From: Gammaproteobacteria bacterium
GTDB lineage: Bacteria > Pseudomonadota > Gammaproteobacteria > GCA-001735895
Direction of reading: 5' to 3'
Length of the DNA: 57,023 nt
NCBI GenBank assembly: GCA_041821565.1
Contig: JBGUEB010000001.1
Span: forward strand, 1-57,023
This document shows positions 6,980 through 16,359 of this stretch, piece after piece (the stretch's first letter is position 1; every line of letters begins with the position of its first letter). The notes under the pieces were generated by a model. It saw only the letters and a list, made by a program, of their open reading frames with translations, was not told the DNA's origin and did no database searches. The position numbers were made by a program, and so were the translations under genes.

Positions 6980-8035
6980 ATGTCTAATCAACCCGAAAAA
7001 ACGCAATCAATGATCAAAAATGACAGTTATCTGCCCAATTTTTGCGATGTTTCGGTATTTTTGCGCGTATTGCTGGTGATCCAACTAATCGCGATCGTGT
7101 TTGCGTTGGTCAGTTATCGCAGTGGCAGCCTGTACGTGTTAATTGCCCTCAACTCGGTTTTTATGCAATGGATCGGCCTGAGTGTTGCAGGGATTCTATG
7201 CGGTATCAAGCGCCTCGGCTACCTGCGTGATACGCGGCTATCGACTATTGTGGCAATGGGTGTGACCCTGGTTGTAACCCTGCTGGTGAGCTGGTTGAGC
7301 GAGTATTTCTCAGAAATGCTGCGCCTCGAATCACAATCACAGGATATCGGCTTTACGTTGTTGCGCAACGCGGCCATAGCGATGATCTTGATTGGCCTGG
7401 CATTACGCTATTTTTATGTTCAGTACGAATCCGAAAAAACCCTCGAAATTCAGGCTCAGGCACGACTGCAAGCCTTGCAGGCACGCATTCGGCCCCATTT
7501 CCTGTTCAATAGTATGAATACTATTGCCAGCCTGACCCACGACCACCCCGACCTTGCCGAGCAGGCTATCGAAAACCTGTCGGATTTGTTTCGCGCCAGC
7601 CTCGCTGCCGAAGCCAGTATTCCACTGCAACAGGAACTGGAATTAACCCGTAGTTATATACAACTCGAGTCACTGCGCCTCGGCGATCGGCTATTCGTTA
7701 AATGGCACATGCCCTACGATGATATCGAGGTTTCGTTGCCTGCCCTGACGCTACAACCGCTGGTTGAAAATGCTATCTACCATGGTGTTGAGCCGTTATC
7801 GGAGGGTGGCGCCATCGACATTACAATCGACCGAGAGCATGATTTTACCCGCATTGTAATTTCTAACCCATTACTCGAAGACCGCACCGAGCAGCATCGT
7901 GAAGGCAATCAAATGGCAGTCGATAATATACGAGAGCGTCTGCAAATTGCGTTTAGTGGTGAGGCCACGATGCAACAGGTGGAAGACGATGATCGGTTTA
8001 CCGTTACCCTGAAGCTTCCGGCCAACCGGGCCTGA
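6980..8035 (+). CDS. algZ: LytS/AlgZ(FimS)-type sensor histidine kinase
   Basis: Multi-TM N-terminus, His_kinase motif 'RIRPHFLFNSMNTIASL' and ATPase 'ENAIYHG'. Sits in argH-algZ-algR-hemC synteny as in Pseudomonas. Confidence 0.8.
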   Translation: MSNQPEKTQSMIKNDSYLPNFCDVSVFLRVLLVIQLIAIVFALVSYRSGSLYVLIALNSVFMQWIGLSVAGILCGIKRLGYLRDTRLSTIVAMGVTLVVTLLVSWLSEYFSEMLRLESQSQDIGFTLLRNAAIAMILIGLALRYFYVQYESEKTLEIQAQARLQALQARIRPHFLFNSMNTIASLTHDHPDLAEQAIENLSDLFRASLAAEASIPLQQELELTRSYIQLESLRLGDRLFVKWHMPYDDIEVSLPALTLQPLVENAIYHGVEPLSEGGAIDITIDREHDFTRIVISNPLLEDRTEQHREGNQMAVDNIRERLQIAFSGEATMQQVEDDDRFTVTLKLPANRA

Positions 8036-8044
8036 GGAATCGTG

Positions 8045-8776
8045 ATGAAAGTTTTAATAGTTGACGATGAAAGACCAGCACGCGACCGTCTGACGCGAAT
8101 GCTTGGTGCTTTATCGGATTGTCAAATAGTCGGTGAGGCTGTTAACGGAACCGAGGCCCTCGAAAAAGCCGAATCACTTGGCCCCGATGTTGTATTAATG
8201 GATATCCGTATGCCGCGCATGGATGGCATACAGGCCGCGCGCCACCTGTCACGACTATCACGGCCACCAGCGGTAATTTTTACCACCGCCTTCGCCGATC
8301 ATGCGCTCGAAGCTTTTGAAACCCATGCGGTTGACTACCTGTTAAAACCAGTGCGCAAAGAGCGATTGGCCGCAGCACTCAAAGCGGCAAGTAAACCAAA
8401 CAGGGCACAGTCAACCCAAAATGAAACCATGTTATCTGAAATCGAGGTGCGCCAGCATATTTGCGCACGCGTACGAGGCAACCTGGTGTTGATTCCTGTT
8501 GATGGAATTTATTATTTTCAGGCAGACCAGAAATACGTCACCGTGCGCCATAGTGACGGTGAGGTGTTGATTGAAGATCCGCTTAAAAACCTGGAAAAGG
8601 AATTCGGTGAGCGTTTTTGCCGAATCCATCGCAATGCCCTGGTCAGTCTCGACAAGATTTGTGGTATGAAGACTGAAAACGATAGCCAGCAGGTTATCTT
8701 CAGGAATATCGACGATACCCTCGAAGTCAGTCGGCGTCACTTACCAGGTATTCGTAAAATCATAAAAAACCTGTAG
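8045..8776 (+). CDS. algR: LytTR-family response regulator (AlgR-like)
   Basis: Receiver domain 'KVLIVDDE...[10 protein letters not shown]' followed by a C-terminal LytTR domain. ATG at 8045 (the track used GTG at 8042). Confidence 0.85.
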   Translation: MKVLIVDDERPARDRLTRMLGALSDCQIVGEAVNGTEALEKAESLGPDVVLMDIRMPRMDGIQAARHLSRLSRPPAVIFTTAFADHALEAFETHAVDYLLKPVRKERLAAALKAASKPNRAQSTQNETMLSEIEVRQHICARVRGNLVLIPVDGIYYFQADQKYVTVRHSDGEVLIEDPLKNLEKEFGERFCRIHRNALVSLDKICGMKTENDSQQVIFRNIDDTLEVSRRHLPGIRKIIKNL

Positions 8777-8861
8777 TATTCTGCGAATATTAATCAGAAA
8801 CGAACCTCCCTGCGGTTGCTGCCGTTTGGCCAGTTCGTTTCGTTACAGGTATCGTTCGTCA

Positions 8862-9794
8862 ATGCAAACTAGACTCTCCGAATTACGTATCGCTACACGC
8901 AGTAGTCCGCTGGCCCTGTGGCAGGCTGAAGAAGTCGCGCGACAGCTCAAGCCGATTTATCCCGATCTCAAAGTTTCGCTCGTGAAACTAAAAACCAGGG
9001 GCGACAAGTTGCTCGATGCACCACTCGCCAAGGTTGGCGGTAAGGGCTTGTTCGTCAAGGAACTCGAAGTCGGTATTCTCGAGGGCAAAGCCGATATTGC
9101 GGTGCACTCGATGAAAGACGTCCCGGTTGTATTCCCCGATGGACTCGAACTGGCGCTCATAATGGAACGCGAAGATCCGCGTGATGCCTTTGTTTCTAAC
9201 CAGTATGATTCACTCGCGACCATGCCTGCCGGAACCCTGGTTGGTACCTCCAGCCTGCGCCGCCAGACCCAGATTCGTGAGCGTTATCCGCATCTCAGGA
9301 TCGACTGGCTGCGCGGCAACGTTAATACGCGCTTGCGCAAACTGGATGACGGTGAATACGATGCCATCATCCTCGCCTGTGCCGGATTGATAAGGCTGGG
9401 ATTTGAACAACGCATCACCATGTCGCTCGAGCCCGAGGAATGCTTGCCGGCGATAGGTCAGGGAGCGGTAGGAATTGAAGTTCGTAGCGATGATATCGCC
9501 GTGAAAGAGTTGCTCGCTCCGCTTGGGCATGCGGAGACTGCCAGTCGAATTGCCGCGGAAAGGGCATTGAATGAAACCCTGAACGGTGGGTGCCAGGTGC
9601 CAATCGCTGGTTATGCGGTTTTAAACAATGGTGAGATTTACCTGCGCGGGCTCGTCGGTGAACCTGACGGTAGCCGCATACTGCGCGCCGAGGCCAGCGG
9701 TAAAGTCGAAGATGCTGTCAGTATCGGCAGGGCGCTGGCCGAGGATTTACTTTCGCAAGGGGCCGGCCAAATTCTTAGCCGACTGCATGACTGA
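8862..9794 (+). CDS. hemC: Porphobilinogen deaminase (hydroxymethylbilane synthase)
   Basis: '[16 protein letters not shown]', '[11 protein letters not shown]' and 'RGNVNTRL'. Start set at the ATG at 8862. Confidence 0.93.
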   Translation: MQTRLSELRIATRSSPLALWQAEEVARQLKPIYPDLKVSLVKLKTRGDKLLDAPLAKVGGKGLFVKELEVGILEGKADIAVHSMKDVPVVFPDGLELALIMEREDPRDAFVSNQYDSLATMPAGTLVGTSSLRRQTQIRERYPHLRIDWLRGNVNTRLRKLDDGEYDAIILACAGLIRLGFEQRITMSLEPEECLPAIGQGAVGIEVRSDDIAVKELLAPLGHAETASRIAAERALNETLNGGCQVPIAGYAVLNNGEIYLRGLVGEPDGSRILRAEASGKVEDAVSIGRALAEDLLSQGAGQILSRLHD

Positions 9795-9796
9795 GT

Positions 9797-10591
9797 ATGC
9801 CTGCGCACCCGTCAAAACTGCGCGGTCAATGCATCCTCAATACGCGGCCGCTTCATCAGCTAAACGGATTGACATCCCTGCTCGAGGCACAGGGCGCATG
9901 CGTTCTCGCATTTCCGGCGATTGAAATTGTCGAATCTGAAACCACCGGGTTTCATCGTAGCCTGGCTGAAAATATTAAACATTATCAAATCGCCCTGTTT
10001 GTCAGTCGCAATGCGGTGGATGGCGCCTTCGGTTTCCTGGCCGGAGCATCGCTACCCGCCGATTTGCAATTGGGGGTAATAGGTCAGGGAACTTATACGG
10101 CGCTTGCAGATCGAGTAGATGATCTGGATCAACATCTAATTCTCGGGCATCCGTATAATAGTGAGGGCTTGTTAGCCTGTGCAGCATTACAACAGGTGAA
10201 GGGTCGCAATATACTGATCTTCCGCGGCCAGCAGGGTCGAAATTTACTCGGCGATGAACTGCGCGCTCGCGGCGCCACGGTAACTTATTGCGAAGTTTAC
10301 CGGCGCAGGGCGCCAGATTACGAGGCAGATGCTTTTGAACGATTGACTGCCGGGCAGTTTCCGACCCTGGCTGTTTTTACCAGCAACGAGAGTATGCACA
10401 ATGCGCTGGCAGCCATACATGGTGAAGCGCGAGATAAAATGCTCGCGATTCCCTGGTTATTGATCAGCGAAAGAATGCGTGAATCGGCGCTGAATCTGGG
10501 ACATAATGGTGTCATTCTCATCGCCACCGACGCGAATGATGAAGGCATAAGACGAACCATTAATGAGTGGGCAAGCAGTCTGAAGTTATGA
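9797..10591 (+). CDS. hemD: Uroporphyrinogen-III synthase
   Basis: 264 aa located between hemC and hemX. HEM4-like pattern ('ILNTRP', 'VSRNAV'). Confidence 0.8.
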   Translation: MPAHPSKLRGQCILNTRPLHQLNGLTSLLEAQGACVLAFPAIEIVESETTGFHRSLAENIKHYQIALFVSRNAVDGAFGFLAGASLPADLQLGVIGQGTYTALADRVDDLDQHLILGHPYNSEGLLACAALQQVKGRNILIFRGQQGRNLLGDELRARGATVTYCEVYRRRAPDYEADAFERLTAGQFPTLAVFTSNESMHNALAAIHGEARDKMLAIPWLLISERMRESALNLGHNGVILIATDANDEGIRRTINEWASSLKL

Positions 10592-11991
10592 GTAAAAAAC
10601 AACCACCCGGCAAAAAAGAGATCAGCGAAGACCCCGTGCTTACTGATAAAACACCAACAGCCCCCGTGCCTGCTGATAAGGCCCCGGTTAAAAGTGATGT
10701 GGCCAGTAGTGGCGACGATAAGCCGATTGAAGCAAAGGGAGAACATAAGCCGGAAGCTGAATCGGTCGCAAAGTCCGATACAAAACCAGCAGATGCGGAA
10801 GCAAAGTCCGATACAAAACCAGCAGATGCAGTAGCAAAGCCAGATACAAAACCAGCGGATACGGCGAAACACAAGGCAGAGATAAAACCAGCCGCAAAAG
10901 CGCCAACAAAACCACCACCTGCCCCGAAGGCTAAAGAAACACCGAAGCCAGGCAGAGGTTTTCCGGTTCTTGGTTTGCTCAACCTGGTGTTAATCGTCGG
11001 TATCATCGCGGCTGCTGCCTGGTACTGGCAAATGCAGCAAAAGCTTGAACTGCAAAGACAGGAAAGCCTGTCGGCATTTCAGCAACAGCTCAAACAACAA
11101 CTCAGTACCAAGGCGGATCAATCGACTACACAGCAAATTCAACAACGCCTGCGGCCACTGGAATCCGTTATCGGCGATTCGGCAAACCAGATCGGTGAAT
11201 TGCAGGACCAGCAGCAGGCGCTGCTGGAATCTACTGAAAAGCTTTACGAACTTTATGGCCGTGACGAAAATGGCTGGCAACTGGCCGAGGTGGAATACCT
11301 GATGCGTGTTGCCCAGCACAAGCTGATTCTGGAGAATGATTTCGAAGGCGCGGCTATGACCCTGCAGGCTGCTAGTGACAAAATTGCCGCCACCGCGGAT
11401 CCGGGACTGTTACCGGTGCGGGTGCAAATTAGCGATGAAATCGCCGGCCTCAAAACCCGTTCGCGTCCGGACCTGGTCGGCATGACCTTGCTGCTGGCAC
11501 AGTTGAGTAAACAAATCTATGCACTCAAGCCAGGTTATGAACCGCGCGTCGATACCAGCACAAAAGTTATTGAATCCGTGCCAGCCGATCCCTCCACGCT
11601 CAGCCTCGAAGAACGCGTGATGGATTTTATTACCTCGTTGGTGACAGTGAGTAAAAGCGAAACCATGCCGACTCGAATCGAAACCCTGACAATTGATATC
11701 GAAGAGCTACTGGAAAATAATCTCAAGCTCACGCGCTGGACCGTACTCGAGCGTGATGCTTTCCAGTATAAGCGTCTGATGGATGAAAACGTCGATTATT
11801 TCAAACAGTATTACGACCTGGATAACGCGGCGAACCATGATTTTTACTCGCAGTTACTGCAGTTGCAAAAGTCCCAGATCAAACCGGAAAAGCCGAATAT
11901 CAGTGGGTCACTGGAAATGTTGAGACATATTATTAGCCGACGGCAACTGGCCCCAGGCAACGACCTGGAACAGGAGGCTGGTGATGTTTAA
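10588..11991 (+). CDS. hemX: HemX-family membrane protein with a repetitive low-complexity N-terminus
   Basis: ATGA overlap with the hemD stop. K/P/A/D-rich N-terminus, one TM segment, then a coiled-coil/HemX-like C-terminus. Position in the hemCDXY operon. Confidence 0.8.
   Translation: MSKKQPPGKKEISEDPVLTDKTPTAPVPADKAPVKSDVASSGDDKPIEAKGEHKPEAESVAKSDTKPADAEAKSDTKPADAVAKPDTKPADTAKHKAEIKPAAKAPTKPPPAPKAKETPKPGRGFPVLGLLNLVLIVGIIAAAAWYWQMQQKLELQRQESLSAFQQQLKQQLSTKADQSTTQQIQQRLRPLESVIGDSANQIGELQDQQQALLESTEKLYELYGRDENGWQLAEVEYLMRVAQHKLILENDFEGAAMTLQAASDKIAATADPGLLPVRVQISDEIAGLKTRSRPDLVGMTLLLAQLSKQIYALKPGYEPRVDTSTKVIESVPADPSTLSLEERVMDFITSLVTVSKSETMPTRIETLTIDIEELLENNLKLTRWTVLERDAFQYKRLMDENVDYFKQYYDLDNAANHDFYSQLLQLQKSQIKPEKPNISGSLEMLRHIISRRQLAPGNDLEQEAGDV
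10768..10866 (+). repeat. In-frame 33-bp x3 tandem repeat inside hemX (AKSDTKPADAE-type 11-aa units)
   Basis: 10768-10800, 10801-10833 and 10834-10866 are near-identical. Confidence 0.9.
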
Positions 11992-13192
11992 GTTCCTGTT
12001 CTGGATTCTTTTCCTGACCGCCCTGGTATTGGGGGCGATACTGCTAGTGCAAGAAGACCCGGGTTTTGTTCTGGTCAAGTACGGTGATTATTCGATTGAA
12101 ACCACACTCGCCTTCGGCATCATAGCCGTGGCAGTTGCGACCGTGTTGATCCACTATCTTTTTAAGGTATTGATGGGTGTCTGGCACATACCGCGTGCGG
12201 TAAAAAACCAGTCGAAAGGTCGGCGTTTTAGCAAAAGCCGCAAGCTCTTAAACCAGGGTTTAATTGACCTTGCCGAGGGGCATTACGATAAGGCTGAAGC
12301 CAACCTGGTGAAGATGGTCGACTATAGTGAAAGCCCGTTACTGCACTATCTCGCCGCCGCCCGTGCGGCCCAGCTCCAGGGTCGTTACCAGGAACGAGAC
12401 AAGTATCTGAAGGCAGCGCATGAAGCCAGACCGGAAGCGGAGTTTGCGATTGGCGTCACCCAGGCCGAATTACAGCTGGCGCACCAGCAGACAGAAGAAT
12501 CACTGGCGACATTAACCCATTTACGCGGTATCGCACCGCGTCACGATCACGTGCTGAGATTGCTTGCACGGGTTTACCTGGAACTCGAAGACTGGTCGTC
12601 CCTGATTGAAATATTGCCTGATGTCCAAAAGAAAAAACTGCTCAGTGAGCATCTATTGAAAACCATGGAAACAAAGACTTACCAGGGTTTTCTCGCGACG
12701 GCCAGGAACGATCAGCAAACGCTGGAAAAAGCATGGAACAAGATTCCGAAGACAGCACACACCGATGCCGACCTGGTGGTTTACTACATTAACCTGAGTA
12801 ATCAGGCAGCATCGAGTAGTAGTAATACAGAACAATTGATCGTCGGCTCACTTGGCCAGAAATGGGATAACCGGTTGATTGAGGCCTATGGCCTGTTCAG
12901 GGCCAGCGATCCGAATGAGCAGTTGAAACAGGCAGAAAAATGGCTCGATGATTATGCTAAAAACGAATACCTGCTGCTTGCCCTGGGTCGAATTTGCATC
13001 CGGGCGAAACTCTGGGGCAAGGCTCAAAGTTACCTGGAAGCGAGTATTGGCGTAAGAGCCATGCCAGCCAATTGCCTGGCGCTTGCCGAACTGTTGAGTG
13101 ATCATTTGCAGCAAAAAGACAAGGCGTCAGAGTACTATCAGAAAGGGCTGAGGCTTAGCCTGAGCGAACCGGCTTCGGCAACCAGCATTTGA
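11984..13192 (+). CDS. hemY: HemY-like TPR membrane protein
   Basis: Two N-terminal TM segments plus TPR-like repeats. Overlaps the hemX stop and takes the last position in the hem operon. Confidence 0.8.
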   Translation: MFKFLFWILFLTALVLGAILLVQEDPGFVLVKYGDYSIETTLAFGIIAVAVATVLIHYLFKVLMGVWHIPRAVKNQSKGRRFSKSRKLLNQGLIDLAEGHYDKAEANLVKMVDYSESPLLHYLAAARAAQLQGRYQERDKYLKAAHEARPEAEFAIGVTQAELQLAHQQTEESLATLTHLRGIAPRHDHVLRLLARVYLELEDWSSLIEILPDVQKKKLLSEHLLKTMETKTYQGFLATARNDQQTLEKAWNKIPKTAHTDADLVVYYINLSNQAASSSSNTEQLIVGSLGQKWDNRLIEAYGLFRASDPNEQLKQAEKWLDDYAKNEYLLLALGRICIRAKLWGKAQSYLEASIGVRAMPANCLALAELLSDHLQQKDKASEYYQKGLRLSLSEPASATSI

Positions 13193-13276
13193 TCTATCCC
13201 CGGGGTATGTACCTCATCGCATAAAAATGGCAACATGGTTAGTCCCCGTGTCCAGGCAAATCGATGGAGGTGAACC

Positions 13277-13909
13277 ATGGCTAACAAATCAGTCACTATC
13301 AAGGCGGCGCAAGACGGTCCTTATATTGTCAAGGATTTACAGAGTTTGAATAATCGCAATGGCACACTCGATTGCAAGGAGGCCATGGGCCTGTGCCGCT
13401 GTGGTGCGTCGGCGAATAAGCCCTTCTGCGATGGTTCCCACAAGAATATTGGTTTCAGCAGTGAAAACCAGCTCGATCCGGAGAAGGATAGACTGGATAC
13501 CTACGTGGGTAAAAAAATAACCATTCACGACAATCGCAGTATCTGTGCGCATGCCGGATACTGTACTGATGGCCTCCCCGCCGTATTTCGCCTGCAAGAG
13601 GAGCCATTCGTTGATGCCGATGGTGCAAGTGCCGAAGAGATCATCAACGTTATTAACCAGTGCCCGTCGGGCGCCCTGAGTTATAGCGTTGAAAATGTAA
13701 ACGAATCTTTGGAAGCCAGCGAGGCGTTTATATTTATTGCGCCAAATGGTCCCTACGTGGTGAAAGGCGAGGTCGATTTGCTGGAGACGCCCAGGGGCAA
13801 GGGAGCTTCGGAAACCAGCATCACCCTGTGTCGTTGTGGCGCTTCTAAAAACAAACCCTATTGCGATGGTTCACACTGGACCATTGAATTCACCGATGAT
13901 GATAACTAG
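13277..13909 (+). CDS. Protein with two CDGSH iron-sulfur domains flanking a Cys-containing central domain
   Basis: Two copies of 'C.CG.S.NKP(F/Y)CDGSH', at roughly residues 40-55 and 184-199. The central segment contains 'ICAHAGYC' and 'CPSGA'. Confidence 0.85.
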   Translation: MANKSVTIKAAQDGPYIVKDLQSLNNRNGTLDCKEAMGLCRCGASANKPFCDGSHKNIGFSSENQLDPEKDRLDTYVGKKITIHDNRSICAHAGYCTDGLPAVFRLQEEPFVDADGASAEEIINVINQCPSGALSYSVENVNESLEASEAFIFIAPNGPYVVKGEVDLLETPRGKGASETSITLCRCGASKNKPYCDGSHWTIEFTDDDN

Positions 13910-13972
13910 CAAGCCGTCTTCACGGCCCCAGATTCCGGCACAAATCCAGCCTAACGAATTAACGCCTTCGGC

Positions 13973-14040
13973 CCCGTCATCCCGGCCCCCGAGCCCGTCA
14001 TCCCGGTCCCCGAGCCCGTCATCCCGGCCCCCGAGCCGGG
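13973..14040. repeat. 21-bp x3 tandem repeat ending in a 7-bp-stem hairpin
   Basis: Units of cccgtcatcccgg(c/t)ccccgag at 13973, 13994 and 14015. The last unit completes tcccggc-ccccga-gccggga. Confidence 0.9.
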
Positions 14041-14068
14041 ACCCATTCCCTAACAAACAGAGAGAATC

Positions 14069-14428
14069 ATGACCAAACATTACGAAGGCTCGTGCCATTG
14101 CGGCGCGATCAAATTTTCCTACGATGGTGAAGAGATCACCAAAGGCTTGCGTTGTACCTGTTCTATTTGCTCACGCAAGGGCTCGATGATGTCACCCGAG
14201 GCGATCCCGTTGGAAAATCTAAAAGTTGAAGCCGACCCGAACGACATAGGTCTCTACCAATTTGGCAATAAGGTGGCGAAACACTATTTTTGCAATAAAT
14301 GCGGCATTTATACCCACAATGAAATGCTGCGTATGCCGGATCATATGCGTGTCAATATCGGTTGTATTGAAGACCTCGACACTACTGATTTCGAAGTCAT
14401 CGTGTTTGACGGCAAAAATTTGTTATAA
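14069..14428 (+). CDS. GFA (glutathione-dependent formaldehyde-activating / CENP-V-like) family protein
   Basis: 119 aa. 'GSCHCGAIKF' and 'C.CS.C' zinc-binding Cys pattern. Confidence 0.8.
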   Translation: MTKHYEGSCHCGAIKFSYDGEEITKGLRCTCSICSRKGSMMSPEAIPLENLKVEADPNDIGLYQFGNKVAKHYFCNKCGIYTHNEMLRMPDHMRVNIGCIEDLDTTDFEVIVFDGKNLL

Positions 14429-14464
14429 ACCGCTGTTCCCAGGTCAACATTGGGCAAATCATGG

Positions 14465-14698
14465 TTAAGGAGTCTCTGATTAATTCTGAGTCATACAGAT
14501 GCGCGGTTAAAATGCCGAGACGTCGGACCGGTCAGATCAAGGCGCGAATCGCAGCGAAGACCCAAAGCAATCGCTTCGCTCATGGAGCCGGCTCTAGTCA
14601 ATCTATTCGTAAGATTTGCAACGAAGAGATGGACGGTCCGGCGCCCCGGTATTTTAACCAGCAGCTGTTGATTCATGAATTGATCAGAGGCTCCTTAA
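14465..14698. mobile_element. MITE-like 234-bp palindromic element with 22-bp terminal inverted repeats
   Basis: Left TIR ttaaggagtctctgattaattc (14465-14486) against rc of the right TIR gaattgatcagaggctccttaa (14677-14698): 20 of 22 match. Further internal arms also pair (gcgcggttaaaatgccg.. / ..cggtattttaaccagc). Confidence 0.6.
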
Positions 14699-14702
14699 GT
14701 AA

Positions 14703-16262
14703 ATGAATTCTGAAAAGCAGCATATTCTGATTGTGATGGCTGACCAGCTAACCGCGCTGGCGCTTGGTAGTTACGGAAATACTGAAGTTAAAAGCCCCAA
14801 TATTGATCGGCTCGCGCAACAGGGCGTTACTTTCGACTCGGCATATAGCAGCAGCCCGTTGTGTACCCCGGCGCGTTATGCGTTTATGACGGGTCAGAAT
14901 ATCTCACAGTGTGGCGGTTACGATAATGCAGCCTATATGCCGTCCACGATGCCAACCTTTGCGCACTATATGCGGCTCATGGGCTACAAAACCTGCCTCT
15001 CGGGCAAGATGCATTTTGTCGGACCGGATCAATTGCACGGCTTTGAAGACCGGGTCACTACCGATATCTATCCCGCAGATTTCGGCTGGATACCGGACTG
15101 GACCAAACCCGATGAGCGCATCGATTTGTGGTACCACAATATGTCCAGTGTTAAACAGGCTGGAGTTGCCGCGATTACCAATCAACTGGCCTACGACGAC
15201 GAGGTCGGTACCCAGGCAACACGCGCGATTTTCGACCATGCGCGCAGCGAAGATGAGCGTCCATTGTGCCTGGTAACCAGCTTTATCCATCCTCACGACC
15301 CTTACGTCACGCGCCAGAAATACTGGGATCTCTATGAGGATGTCGATATTGCGCTGCCGACAGTGAGGCGCCCACCGGCCGATCAACAGGATGCGCACAA
15401 CAAACGCCTGGAGCAGGCCATCGCGCTGGATGCGGTATCGATCAGCGACGACGAAATCATCAAGGCACGGCGCGCCTACTATGGCAATGTGTCATATATT
15501 GACGAATGGCTCGGACGTTTGCAGGAGACCTTGCAGGCATGCGATATGGCGCGGAATACGACGATTATCTTCACCTCCGACCATGGTGACATGCTCGGTG
15601 AATACGGGCTCTGGTATAAAATGTCATTTCGTGAGTGGTCCTGTCGAATTCCCATGATTGTCTATAATCCGAGCCGCTTCGAGGCGCGTCGCGTATCACA
15701 ACCGGTGGCCCAGGTTGATGTATTACCGACCCTGATCGATATCGCCCACGAAGCTACTGGTGTTTCGAAGCCGTCAGTAATAGACCCCTTGAACGGTCGT
15801 TCGCTGCTGCCATTATGCGACGGCGATGCGAACCAGGATCCCAATGCCTGTGTTAGCGAATACCTGGGCGAGGGTACCGGTGCGCCGATGTTGATGATTC
15901 GACGCGGTCAGCACAAGTACATTTCCTGCATCACCGATCCTGATCAGTTATTTGATCTGCAGGCTGATCCGAATGAGTGCGATAACCTCGCGGCAGACGA
16001 CCCAGGTGAAATTCTTGACGCCTTTCGGCGCGAGGCTTCTGCATATTGGGATGCAAAAGAATTGCAGCAAAAGGTGATAGCCGATCAGAAACGCCGCCGT
16101 GAGGTGCATGCGGCATTGCGTATCGGTCGTTACCAGTCCTGGGACTTTAATCCAGAGCGTAATGCTTCAGAGGAATACACGCGTAGTCATATGGATTTAA
16201 CCCGTTTCGATATTACCTCACGCTATCCGCAGCCGGTTGAGTTTAAACCCGACTCGAAGTAA
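14703..16262 (+). CDS. betC: Choline-sulfatase
   Basis: 519 aa. Sulfatase 'SSPLCTPAR' formylglycine motif. Long collinear similarity to my recollection of Sinorhizobium BetC ('SGKMHFVGPDQLHGFEDRVTTDIYPADFGW', 'HPHDPYV', 'SDHGDMLGE'). Confidence 0.88.
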   Translation: MNSEKQHILIVMADQLTALALGSYGNTEVKSPNIDRLAQQGVTFDSAYSSSPLCTPARYAFMTGQNISQCGGYDNAAYMPSTMPTFAHYMRLMGYKTCLSGKMHFVGPDQLHGFEDRVTTDIYPADFGWIPDWTKPDERIDLWYHNMSSVKQAGVAAITNQLAYDDEVGTQATRAIFDHARSEDERPLCLVTSFIHPHDPYVTRQKYWDLYEDVDIALPTVRRPPADQQDAHNKRLEQAIALDAVSISDDEIIKARRAYYGNVSYIDEWLGRLQETLQACDMARNTTIIFTSDHGDMLGEYGLWYKMSFREWSCRIPMIVYNPSRFEARRVSQPVAQVDVLPTLIDIAHEATGVSKPSVIDPLNGRSLLPLCDGDANQDPNACVSEYLGEGTGAPMLMIRRGQHKYISCITDPDQLFDLQADPNECDNLAADDPGEILDAFRREASAYWDAKELQQKVIADQKRRREVHAALRIGRYQSWDFNPERNASEEYTRSHMDLTRFDITSRYPQPVEFKPDSK

Positions 16263-16359
16263 CAGGTCAGGGAGAAATTACCTGTCAATTTTGCGGATGC
16301 AGATGACGGGGCGAAACATACAATGGCTGCACACTATTACTGCAAATGACCGATAACCG

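Noticed and set aside
10318-11006. 184-aa and 148-aa - strand ORFs with repetitive Cys/Phe- or Gly/Ala/Ser-rich sequence
   Set aside because: They are antisense readings of the hemD 3' end and the hemX tandem-repeat region, so the periodicity simply mirrors the hemX 33-bp repeats.
13836-14098. ORFs encoding PSSRPPSPSSRSPSPSSRPPS-type or GGRDDGLG-type repeats
   Set aside because: They are translations of the non-coding 21-bp tandem repeat. They overlap the ends of the CDGSH and GFA genes and have no start context.
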